From: a virus
Lineage: Duplodnaviria; Caudoviricetes
Virus record (IMG/VR): IMGVR_UViG_3300025070_000030
Coordinates: 1 to 61,489 of that record
Strand: one strand, 5' to 3'
Length of the DNA stretch: 61,489 bases
Shown: positions 27,521-35,642 of the stretch, piece by piece
Position numbering within the stretch: the stretch's first letter is position 1
Layout of the letters: each line of letters starts with the position of its first letter
The notes under the pieces: model-generated
Databases searched by the model: none
Told to the model about the DNA's origin: nothing
Seen by the model: the letters and a program-made list of their open reading frames with translations, nothing else
Position numbers and translations under genes: made by a program

Positions 27521-27930
27521 CAGTCTGTTCCTTCTATCACTACTTCTTTTTTGGGCGGAAGGAGGACTACACCGTGAACCGCCGTTACGTTGTGGTTGAT
27601 TTGTTCCGCTTGTTTGACTCCTACGCGGTTCAGGAGGCTTTCGGCAGCTTTGAGACGTAGATCATCACCTCTTTCGGGGGCGGGATTGTCTATTGTCGCT
27701 ACAAGTCTGTTGGCTGCTTTGAATGCGTTCATAGATAGCACGTCTTTTGTGCGTTCTACTATCTCATCTGCCAATGTTTTGCGTAACCACGACGCACTAC
27801 CCACAGAATACCCTGCATCTGTGGCTGCAGCGGTGATATTTCCGCCGTTTTCAAACAGTATGTCAAGAAAAAGGGACTGTTGGGTGGTTAGTTCCCGTTT
27901 TTTGGCGGGTTGTTGGGGCATCAGGTTCAT
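27520..27930 (-). CDS. Probable terminase small subunit (start MNLMPQQ)
   Basis: LT.QQ..FL....GNI..AA..AGYS HTH; LKAAESLLNRVG; VVLLPPK. Confidence 0.75.
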   Translation of the reverse strand: MNLMPQQPAKKRELTTQQSLFLDILFENGGNITAAATDAGYSVGSASWLRKTLADEIVERTKDVLSMNAFKAANRLVATIDNPAPERGDDLRLKAAESLLNRVGVKQAEQINHNVTAVHGVVLLPPKKEVVIEGTD

Positions 27931-27932
27931 TT

Positions 27933-28133
27933 TTACGTGGCTTCTCCAGCTTTGGTAGTGCATCGTGTGCCCGAAACAATCATAAACGGTGTTATTTCTT
28001 GTACGTTGCCTATCATCACCTCTACACGAGCCATACATTCCTCTTTTGTTTTGTATGGACCCCAGTCGTCAGTGACTACCATACATCCCTGCATGGCATT
28101 TATGTGACAAATGAGTAACATTGCTGTGTACAT
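27933..28133 (-). CDS. Small Cys-containing secreted/membrane protein
   Basis: Hydrophobic start, GPYKTKEEC, C-terminal Cys. Confidence 0.65.
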   Translation of the reverse strand: MYTAMLLICHINAMQGCMVVTDDWGPYKTKEECMARVEVMIGNVQEITPFMIVSGTRCTTKAGEAT

Positions 28134-28255
28134 GGTAATCTTTCGGGAAAATGAGGAGTGTAGACCGATTCACTGTAGCCACAATCTCGTGTGTTGTGCA
28201 AATATCGCTATGAAATCGGAGAGATGTGCTAAGTCTGAATACGACCTACGCACCT

Positions 28256-28284
28256 ATTATGGCTATGTAATACGCAAATGTCAA
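28256..28284 (-). promoter_or_regulatory. Sigma70 promoter heading the late (packaging) operon
   Basis: TTGACA-17 nt-CATAAT with an upstream A/T tract. Confidence 0.8.
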
Positions 28285-28301
28285 CAAAAAAAATTTAACG
28301 C

Positions 28302-28330
28302 TTGACAAATTGTGAATACAACAGTACAAT
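28302..28330 (+). promoter_or_regulatory. Divergent sigma70 promoter firing into non-coding DNA
   Basis: TTGACA-17 nt-TACAAT. Confidence 0.75.
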
Positions 28331-28367
28331 GGGTTTGTAACCCGCCGGGATATACCCCCCGACTACC

Positions 28368-28400
28368 CACTGACTCCTCACTGACTCCCCACTGACTCCC
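28368..28400 (+). repeat. 3x 11-bp tandem repeat CACTGACTCC(T/C)
   Basis: Read directly from the sequence. Confidence 0.9.
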
Positions 28401-28758
28401 CCAAAGCATTGTTTTTAACCATATCGGTAACTATCCCGCCATAAAATCGAGGGGGATATTGCTAGCATATGCGGGGGTACCCCAGTGGCCCATGCGCGGG
28501 TACATAAGGGGAACAAATATCTTTCCCCATCGGTGATCCCAAGGCTGCCACCTTGCCGGTCTGATCCGCCAAACATCCCCGCCACATATCCCAAGACATA
28601 ACACATCGCCACATGCGCGAGCCGCGTATATTGGTTTGCCATCTGGATTACTATGGGGGTGGCCTGTTGCGATCAAAAAGCGCAGCATTCCCCGAACACA
28701 AGCCCCGCCAGTTTATCCCGCCAATACAAGCCGCTGATCTATTTACTGGTGCCCGCGC

Positions 28759-28797
28759 AAAACAAAACCCCCGCCACCATTGTTGATGACGAGGGTT
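28759..28797 (-). terminator. Intrinsic terminator closing the early module
   Basis: AACCCTCGTCATCA/TGGTGGCGGGGGTT stem then TTGTTTT. Confidence 0.7.
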
Positions 28798-28840
28798 AAG
28801 GGAGAAAGTGCGGTATTAGCCCCCCGCACAGGGTAACCGG

Positions 28841-29089
28841 TTAATCGCTAGTTAATTCCTCATCCGCTGGCTTATTCTTGGGATTGTCCGGATGATTGTA
28901 AGCTAGACGGGTTTCCATCTCAAATTCCTGACCAATGTCCAGATGGAATTCGACTTTGAACTTGTTTCCAAATGAATCGGTGCCGTGCAGTGTGAAGCAG
29001 TCAAAATCTGCAAACTTGAGGCGCTCAGCACGCAATTTTGGGGTGATATCGTTATATTTGCTTTTTGATGCGTCGATTGATACTAGCAT
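28841..29089 (-). CDS. Hypothetical early protein (start MLVSIDA)
   Basis: AAGGGA RBS and CAACAAC leader. Confidence 0.65.
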   Translation of the reverse strand: MLVSIDASKSKYNDITPKLRAERLKFADFDCFTLHGTDSFGNKFKVEFHLDIGQEFEMETRLAYNHPDNPKNKPADEELTSD

Positions 29090-29156
29090 TGGTCGTTTCC
29101 CTTCCTTTGGGTTGTTGAGGCGGGCAGCAGCGCCCGCCCCATCGTTATGGCATGAT

Positions 29157-29606
29157 TTACGCAGACTTGGCAAGACGGTAAATCTTGATATAGCCGCCAC
29201 GATTGTTGCCGGTGTTGCGCGACTGGATATCATAACCGGCCCGTTTCAAGTGCTGCAGGTAATCATAAACGGTCTGTTTCTTCACATTGAGATGACCGGC
29301 AAGAGTAGGAACCGCAATATAACCCTGTTCCAAATAGCCAAGCATCCGCCGGTGGGATTCACACAACCCAGCATTGCGGGCCTTAGAAACAAGCCGGTTA
29401 TAGTCCAGCGATTCCCCGTGCATTCCCGTGTTCATGCCGACTGCCTGAGTCTTGCCGAATTCAGCGACGGGGAAAGTCCCGTTGCGAATGGCCCGCTGGA
29501 CCCGTGCGTGGATTTTCATGCGTTCGTCGGTCCGAATTGCCTCTTCAATATCGTTGGTCAATTCGGTGAAACGATTGATCAGATGATCAGGTAGTGTCTT
29601 TTTCAT
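29157..29606 (-). CDS. Helix-turn-helix DNA-binding protein
   Basis: VPTLAGHLNVKKQTVYDYLQHLKRAGY winged-HTH pattern. Confidence 0.7.
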   Translation of the reverse strand: MKKTLPDHLINRFTELTNDIEEAIRTDERMKIHARVQRAIRNGTFPVAEFGKTQAVGMNTGMHGESLDYNRLVSKARNAGLCESHRRMLGYLEQGYIAVPTLAGHLNVKKQTVYDYLQHLKRAGYDIQSRNTGNNRGGYIKIYRLAKSA

Positions 29607-29642
29607 TGTCGTGTTCTTTCTGCCCCGCAGGGCGTTGTTGTT

Positions 29643-29735
29643 CTACCAGTTGATGAAAATGATTAGTAGTAGAACAATGATTGCCGCGATCAAAACGCGG
29701 TAAGTCATAAACATGGCCTGTAGATATGATTCCAT
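29643..29735 (-). CDS. 30-aa single-TM peptide (not in ORF track)
   Basis: MESYLQAMFMTYRVLIAAIIVLLLIIFINW; starts 1 nt after the upstream stop. Confidence 0.55.
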   Translation of the reverse strand: MESYLQAMFMTYRVLIAAIIVLLLIIFINW

Positions 29736-29736
29736 C

Positions 29737-30756
29737 CTATGCCGCCACCCTTTCGAAAGATTGCCAAGCCGGTGAAGCCAAAACAGACCGGACCATATCC
29801 ATCCGCTGCCGCTGCACGTTGTGGGTCTGAGCGGTCTTTTTCTGACCGGCTAATTCAACCCCCTTTTCATTGGTCCACCCCTTGTCGGTGTGAGTTGACC
29901 AATCTGTGAGGGCATTGTAACCGGCCCACATAGTGCTGCCCAGTTCCTCCCGTTCTTGCTGGAACCCATGCAAAAGCCGGTTGAGCAAAGTTTCGTTTAC
30001 TTGCGAACCCTGCCCCGCTGCTGCTGCTTCGGTCTTTTTCTTGCAAATTGTACCGGCCAAAACATTGGCAAAATCATCCCGCGACATAGTGGAACCGGAC
30101 CACAATTGCATTTGGTCCCTGTTGTTCTGCCAGACTTCCAGCCCCATTGTGGCCTTGTTGATGACGGCTTCCGGTGCCAGATTGCGGGTGTGTTTCCGCC
30201 GCTGGTGGTAAGCTTTTTCCCCGCCAAACACCAAAGTATTTCGGCACAGATCACGATAGGCACCGCTGAATATTTGGAAAGCCCAAGACATATCAACAGA
30301 GTTAAATATGTCCATGCGGCATTGTACGCGGTCCCCGTTTTTGCCGACATCACTTGCGAGATCGTCAAACAACACGGTTCGGTGGGCCTTTAATCCGCCA
30401 TCATACAGACGATCAATGACCCGTACCTTATCGGTGGGCAGTTCTGAATCCCGCAACATTTCAGCCTGTTTTGCAAACAAGAGATCGTGGGGGACCAGAT
30501 TGTAAGATTTGCCGATTGGACGGGTGTCGAGTAGTTCCCCGCTGGCGGCATTGATTAAGGCTGAATAGCCATCTAGTCGTTTAGGTGTTACAATTTCTTG
30601 GATTACTTCCCCGCTAGGTGTCAAATCGGGCTTGGATAGCAAGGCATCAATCGGCACCCGCCGGACCTTTCCCCGTTCCCGAAACAATCCGATATCATCC
30701 AGCCGGTTGTGTTCAAAAACATCGTTGGTTTTTTGTGTTACAATATCTAGTGGCAT
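29737..30756 (-). CDS. DUF932-like early protein (start MPLDIV)
   Basis: NSVDMSWAF...GAYR.LC.N...KHT...W.GYNALTDWSTH. Confidence 0.7.
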   Translation of the reverse strand: MPLDIVTQKTNDVFEHNRLDDIGLFRERGKVRRVPIDALLSKPDLTPSGEVIQEIVTPKRLDGYSALINAASGELLDTRPIGKSYNLVPHDLLFAKQAEMLRDSELPTDKVRVIDRLYDGGLKAHRTVLFDDLASDVGKNGDRVQCRMDIFNSVDMSWAFQIFSGAYRDLCRNTLVFGGEKAYHQRRKHTRNLAPEAVINKATMGLEVWQNNRDQMQLWSGSTMSRDDFANVLAGTICKKKTEAAAAGQGSQVNETLLNRLLHGFQQEREELGSTMWAGYNALTDWSTHTDKGWTNEKGVELAGQKKTAQTHNVQRQRMDMVRSVLASPAWQSFERVAA

Positions 30757-31030
30757 GGTAAGTGCCCTTTCCTTTGGTTGTTGCGCTGCCGGACAATCCG
30801 ACAACAAGTGAATCATGGCACAGAATTTGCACAAGTTGAACCCCTGAGCCAAAATTAATTCAGAAAAGTTGACCGGCTGGCCCCGCGACTCGCCACCGAT
30901 CCGATCATCCCGTCACCCCGCCCCCGAAAGAAACAAAAAAAAGAACGGAAACATCCGGACAATCCCCAAGTAATCTATAGTGTCACCCCGTTTGCCATTG
31001 CATTATTTAGTGTCACTTTGTTTGCCATTG

Positions 31031-31645
31031 TCACGTGATCCCGTACCGATCCCGCCACACCCGCCAAGTGATGGCCTGTAGTTGATAGGGCATGATGTTG
31101 ATCTGTTGCGCTGCATCTTTGTAAGCATCCTGCAGCCCGCGATACTCCCGAACACCGATATTTGTCCGGTCATCGGTCAAGCCGATCCGCTCATTATAGG
31201 CAATGTTTCGTGCGTGGCCGTCGATTGTCACGTTGAATTCGCCCATTATGTCACAGAAAAAGGACGTTATCTTTTGTCCCTTGAGCATGGTTTTTGCCCC
31301 GTCATAATCAGGTTTAACCGCAAGAATGCCCCAAGCCTTATTTTTCATAGCGTGGTAAGTTGACACTTTCACCGAATCAATACCATCACCGCGAATAAAC
31401 GCACCGATTAAAGCATCCGCATTTTTGACATTACGCGCCCATTTATTGTTAGGCGACAACGCAGAAACAACCGCAACAACGATATACACCGGCACGTCAT
31501 ACTTTATGCCGATATCATATGCTGCATCGTAGGCGTTAGCGTACCATGCCATGCCACCGGCTATCTGTTCCGGTGTGGCGTCTAGATAGCAGTGGGTAAT
31601 GTTGCTGATCATTTTTGGTTGGGATAATTTTGTTGGGCGTTTCAT
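31031..31645 (-). CDS. Early protein, putative HhH DNA-glycosylase-like fold
   Basis: G..WY, SALSP..KW..N, KITSF, VTIDGHA, QLQAITW motifs. Confidence 0.5.
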   Translation of the reverse strand: MKRPTKLSQPKMISNITHCYLDATPEQIAGGMAWYANAYDAAYDIGIKYDVPVYIVVAVVSALSPNNKWARNVKNADALIGAFIRGDGIDSVKVSTYHAMKNKAWGILAVKPDYDGAKTMLKGQKITSFFCDIMGEFNVTIDGHARNIAYNERIGLTDDRTNIGVREYRGLQDAYKDAAQQINIMPYQLQAITWRVWRDRYGIT

Positions 31646-31675
31646 GGTAGATCCTTTCGCTTGTTGTGTAAAAAC

Positions 31676-31704
31676 AGACTAGGGATAATATCCGGTGTGG
31701 TCAA
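31676..31704 (-). promoter_or_regulatory. Sigma70-type promoter
   Basis: TTGACC-17 nt-TAGTCT upstream of a GAAAGGA RBS. Confidence 0.65.
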
Positions 31705-31836
31705 GCTGAATTATTCGCCCACCCGTTTTTTTAAGATAACACACGGAACACAGCACGGTCTGTTCGACGTGGATCGTGGCCGGTTCGCCGCACCGCTCAC
31801 ACACTATATCATCACCTGTTAGTGTCACCTCATTTG

Positions 31837-32034
31837 TCAGAACTTCGGAATCCATAGTGTCCCCCGATTTGTCAGTGTCACAAGGTTTGTCAGTTTGTCT
31901 CGTTTGTCTTGTGTCACAGGTTTGTCATGCCAGTCGGCGTGGTCGATTTGTCTGCGTAGTTGTTTTGTCAGTGTCGCCACGCTTGTCAGGCGTGGGTCCA
32001 CGTCATTTGTCGGATACGTTATGGGTCGATACAT
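31837..32034 (-). CDS. Hypothetical small protein overlying the TGTC motif cluster
   Basis: GAGGA RBS; 65 aa. Confidence 0.5.
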   Translation of the reverse strand: MYRPITYPTNDVDPRLTSVATLTKQLRRQIDHADWHDKPVTQDKRDKLTNLVTLTNRGTLWIPKF

Positions 32035-32079
32035 TTGTCATCCTCGCTCCGGAATAGATACGGGTGTGTATCTCTCTCA

Positions 32080-32250
32080 TCAGCTAATACCAAAGTGGAA
32101 TTCAAACTGCTGGTCACCCAAGTCGAGTTCGGCCCGTGTCTTGTTGTATATCTCTATGCAAGACTCGCCGTGCTTCTCTGTCCACTCTTCACGGGTCATC
32201 TCCAATGCGTCTTCTTGCATTTCAATGTGCCAATCGCTCATCTTACCCAT
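32080..32250 (-). CDS. Hypothetical small protein (start MGKMSDW)
   Basis: AAAGGAGA RBS. Confidence 0.6.
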   Translation of the reverse strand: MGKMSDWHIEMQEDALEMTREEWTEKHGESCIEIYNKTRAELDLGDQQFEFHFGIS

Positions 32251-32360
32251 CGTTGTCTCTCCTTTCGCAGTCACACCCCCACTCATCAAACAAAACCTCG
32301 CTCCATGTGCCGTCCTGTGTCAAGCCGCATTCGCAATTTTCTTCAGTTTCATCCATCGTC

Positions 32361-32648
32361 TCACCCATCCCCTCGCATATTAAATTGATACCCAAATCTC
32401 TCCATAAGCAATTCAAGTTCCTGTAAGTCATAGGCCGACACATACTTGATGCCGCCGTTGTCTGAGTAGAGAGCCACTTCCAGCACTTCCCTTAATTGCT
32501 TGTACAGCCCCCACGCAACTGCTGTTTGTTCCTCTGACAAGTGAGACATAGCATCCTGCCGTGCTGCTCTTTTCTTTGCACGTTCCTTTTCCCAGTGTGC
32601 TTCACGCTCTTCGTAGGTCATGTCTTTTGTTTGTTTAGCTTTTGCCAT
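32361..32648 (-). CDS. Hypothetical protein (start MAKAKQ)
   Basis: GAAGGG RBS downstream of a promoter. Confidence 0.65.
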   Translation of the reverse strand: MAKAKQTKDMTYEEREAHWEKERAKKRAARQDAMSHLSEEQTAVAWGLYKQLREVLEVALYSDNGGIKYVSAYDLQELELLMERFGYQFNMRGDG

Positions 32649-32682
32649 TTGTTTAACCCTTCCGGTTTGTTTCAATACATAA

Positions 32683-32711
32683 GCCATATCGGTAATCGGT
32701 GTGGGTGTCAA
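32683..32711 (-). promoter_or_regulatory. Sigma70-type promoter
   Basis: TTGACA-17 nt-TATGGC. Confidence 0.6.
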
Positions 32712-32714
32712 CAC

Positions 32715-32754
32715 AAAAAAGAACGGGGCCAAGAAATTAATCTCAGCCCCGCTC
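32715..32754 (-). terminator. Intrinsic terminator
   Basis: GAGCGGGGCTGAGA/TCTTGGCCCCGTTC stem followed by a T run. Confidence 0.75.
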
Positions 32755-32777
32755 CCCACAACAACGAAAGGTACCCC

Positions 32778-33035
32778 CTACGAACTACCAACCTCGTAAG
32801 GAATGCCTAGTTTTACCAGCACAGGTCTGTACCTGTCAAGCCACTTTTTGCATTCTTGTTCACTTTTTCCGACAAAGACAGTGACAAGGCGTAGATAGTC
32901 CACACGTTGTTTGCGTTTGACAAGATCACGGCTTGTCTCTCCAATACGGACGGACGACACTGGAGCAACAACCTCCCACCGCCACCGGTTGACAATCTCT
33001 ATCTCAAGAGGCTTGGTCTTCAGGTTATTTTTCAT
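32778..33035 (-). CDS. Hypothetical protein
   Basis: Overlaps the upstream gene; AGGAG RBS. Confidence 0.6.
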   Translation of the reverse strand: MKNNLKTKPLEIEIVNRWRWEVVAPVSSVRIGETSRDLVKRKQRVDYLRLVTVFVGKSEQECKKWLDRYRPVLVKLGIPYEVGSS

Positions 33036-33207
33036 CGCGCACTCCTATGGGAAAACAAACCAGCTTTTCGTTTGGGGTGACAGCATCCCAGTCACGGATG
33101 GTCTTCTCGTAGTAACACTCAGCCATGTGATTGTATTTGTCTATCACGTCTACAGTTATCTCACCATCACTGATCATCAGAAATATCAGAATCCATTTCA
33201 TCGTCAA
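33025..33207 (-). CDS. Small two-Cys membrane/secreted protein
   Basis: MKWILIFL start, YNHMAEC...LVC. Confidence 0.6.
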   Translation of the reverse strand: MTMKWILIFLMISDGEITVDVIDKYNHMAECYYEKTIRDWDAVTPNEKLVCFPIGVRDEK

Positions 33208-33382
33208 GTGCCTCCAAGTAAATGTCGATAGCTTCTCTCATCAAATCAGACACAGCTAACTGTTCCCTTGATTTCTTTTGCAGACGTTCAGAGTGTTCAG
33301 CTAGTCTGTCATACTGTTTGACTGACATTAACAGACTGTATGTTTTTGATGGTTCATCTATCTTCGCTGGTCTTGCCATCAC
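33167..33382 (-). CDS. Ribbon-helix-helix transcriptional regulator
   Basis: KTYSLLMS strand, QYDRL helix, VSDLMREAIDIYL helix. Confidence 0.65.
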   Translation of the reverse strand: MMARPAKIDEPSKTYSLLMSVKQYDRLAEHSERLQKKSREQLAVSDLMREAIDIYLEALDDEMDSDISDDQ

Positions 33383-33497
33383 GTATGTCCTTCTTAGCTT
33401 GTTTGTCTTTTAGTTTGTTACGTTTGTCTGGTATTACCTGTTTACCAAACTTTGGTAACAGTTTAGCTATAGGGTTAATTTTATTAATCTTTTTCAT
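33354..33497 (-). CDS. Small basic protein (47 aa, not in ORF track)
   Basis: MKKINKINPIAKLLPKFGKQVIPDKR... Confidence 0.55.
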   Translation of the reverse strand: MKKINKINPIAKLLPKFGKQVIPDKRNKLKDKQAKKDIRDGKTSEDR

Positions 33498-33530
33498 AAC
33501 AGGGGTTTCCCTATAGGGTGTTGTTCTTTG

Positions 33531-33604
33531 TGTGTAGCTGATTTGTCAACAGCCGTCAACAAGTTTTTTTTGTTGTTGACAAGATTTACCATGTCGGTTA
33601 GTCC
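33531..33604. promoter_or_regulatory. Divergent promoter pair between the early and replication modules
   Basis: Plus strand TTGACA-17-TAGTCC at 33576; minus strand TTGACG-17-TACACA; shared T tract. Confidence 0.6.
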
Positions 33605-33643
33605 TTGTGTCACTGTCTTTGACAAACAAAGAGGAACACAACG

Positions 33644-34444
33644 ATGAGATCACCAGCTTGGCTGACAGGATATGTTGAGTCGCTAGACTTTCCCGCACTG
33701 ACGCAGTACCGGTCTGACTGTCCTGTCTGCGGCAAGAAAAACACATTTAGCGTATCCGATGACGGATTGCAACGGCTGTGGTATTGTTTTCACGCAGACT
33801 GCAACGTGTCTGGTCGCACGGGTATCACGCTGACAAAAGATCACGCATCAAAAATGTTTAGCAAGCGCAAGGAACCGCCACCTGCTGCAGCCCAACAGTC
33901 TTTTGAAATGCCTGATACGTTTGTCAGTCTTTCTCGCAACTTAAACGCTGAACTTTATGTAAAGCGTGTACAAGCATACGATGCGTACCTTGCAGGTCGC
34001 GCAGACATACGCTATGACTTCAAGCGTAACAGAGCAGTATTTCTTGTAAAAGATGGAAACAGAGTCGTAGATGCGGCAGGAAGGTCGTTAGATGGACGGG
34101 CACCTAAATGGTATCGTTATGGCAGTAACAAACATCCCTTCGTATGTGGCAGCGGAACCCGCGCTATTCTTGTTGAAGATTGCGCTAGTGCTTGCGCTGT
34201 GTCTGAGTCCACGGTAGGAGTGGCCCTGTTGGGTACGAATCTTTTACCAGAACACATAGAAACTTTACGAAAGTTTCAAACTGTATACGTTGCGCTGGAC
34301 AAAGACGCCACCGACAAGGCGATAGACATGGTACGGACGTTGAGTCCTTACGTGTCAACGAAACTCATGGTATTAAAACACGACTTGAAAAACATGAAAA
34401 AGGACGAACGGGATGACTTCATACGATCCTACACAGATAGATAA
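33644..34444 (+). CDS. DNA primase (zinc finger plus TOPRIM)
   Basis: CPVC...CFHADC; LVED; ALDKDA. Confidence 0.85.
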   Translation: MRSPAWLTGYVESLDFPALTQYRSDCPVCGKKNTFSVSDDGLQRLWYCFHADCNVSGRTGITLTKDHASKMFSKRKEPPPAAAQQSFEMPDTFVSLSRNLNAELYVKRVQAYDAYLAGRADIRYDFKRNRAVFLVKDGNRVVDAAGRSLDGRAPKWYRYGSNKHPFVCGSGTRAILVEDCASACAVSESTVGVALLGTNLLPEHIETLRKFQTVYVALDKDATDKAIDMVRTLSPYVSTKLMVLKHDLKNMKKDERDDFIRSYTDR

Positions 34445-35642
34445 ACAGATACTTGGCTTTTGTTTGAGTACAGATTTTTTCTCAAAGGTAGCCGATATCA
34501 TTGGGCGTGATATGTTCACGAAGGAAATGCGGGATGTGTTTGACGTGATTTTTCACTCTCACACTGAATACGCAAAGGACATCACGATAGGTGAGTTGGC
34601 AGTCATGTTCAATGACCGCAATCCTGCCATGCCCGACTCGACACGGGAAAAGGCACAAGAACTAATCTTGACGCTTGATCGGGGCAATCCTGAGAACACA
34701 GAGATGCACTTGGACATGGTGCGTAACTTCTGGTTACGGGACCGTGCGCGTATCATTGGCGAAAAGGCCATTGAGATATTCACCGGAGAAAGCGAAGAGT
34801 TTGGTGAGTTACGTACGCTGATAGAGGCGGTTGAGGATGGGCGCATATCTGACAAGACTACCTACACAAAGGTAGAGGCAGACATATCGGAACTGCTAGA
34901 CAGCCACACTGGACCCAAAGATTTTCCCTTTGAGTTTGATTTGATAAATGAGCGTATTGACGGTTTGGACAGAGGTAATTTAGGTATTTTGTTTGCTCGT
35001 CCGGAGGTAGGTAAAACAACCTTTTGTTGCTTTCTCGCCGCATCGTACATCCGACAAGGATTCAAAGTTACCTACTGGGCAAACGAAGAACCGGCAGAAA
35101 AAATAAAACTACGTATCATACAGTCATACTTTGCTTTGAAGCGGGATGAGATGGTAGAACAGCGCGAATCTCTTGCATCACGGTACAACGCAGAGGTCGC
35201 ACCTTACCTAACCGTCATGGACTCTGTTGGGACTTCTATGGAAGAGGCCAATGAATACGCCAAGCTAAACAATCCTGATATCATGTTCATGGATCAGCTA
35301 GACAAGTTTCGTGTCAACGGTGAATACAATCGTGGAGATGAGCGGCTTAAAGAGACGTATGTTCTTGCCCGTGAGATAGCCAAGCGAAATGATTTGCTTG
35401 TGTGGGCTGTTAGCCAAGCAAGCAACGATGCACATGACCGTCAATTTATTGACTACTCAATGATGGACAACTCTAAAACCGGTAAGGCTGGTGAGGCTGA
35501 CATCATCATTGGCATAGGTAAGACGGGTGCCAGTGACGTTGACAACATCGTGCGTCATGTTTGTATATCCAAAAACAAACTCAACGGGTGGCACGGTACA
35601 ATCAACACGCAGATAGACATACACAGAGGGGTGTATTACTGA
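34413..35642 (+). CDS. DnaB-like SF4 replicative helicase
   Basis: ARPEVGKT Walker A, FMDQLD, VSQ, KNK.NG. Confidence 0.9.
   Translation: MTSYDPTQIDKQILGFCLSTDFFSKVADIIGRDMFTKEMRDVFDVIFHSHTEYAKDITIGELAVMFNDRNPAMPDSTREKAQELILTLDRGNPENTEMHLDMVRNFWLRDRARIIGEKAIEIFTGESEEFGELRTLIEAVEDGRISDKTTYTKVEADISELLDSHTGPKDFPFEFDLINERIDGLDRGNLGILFARPEVGKTTFCCFLAASYIRQGFKVTYWANEEPAEKIKLRIIQSYFALKRDEMVEQRESLASRYNAEVAPYLTVMDSVGTSMEEANEYAKLNNPDIMFMDQLDKFRVNGEYNRGDERLKETYVLAREIAKRNDLLVWAVSQASNDAHDRQFIDYSMMDNSKTGKAGEADIIIGIGKTGASDVDNIVRHVCISKNKLNGWHGTINTQIDIHRGVYY

Noticed and set aside
28368-28400. CRISPR array
   Set aside because: 11-bp tandem units with no spacers; no cas operon.
28415-28688. Minus-strand ORFs of 75 and 85 aa
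   Set aside because: They lie downstream of the early terminator, lack a clear RBS and have atypical composition; treated as non-coding.
28935-29594. 219-aa plus-strand ORF
   Set aside because: Antisense to two well-formed minus-strand genes with RBS and an HTH motif.
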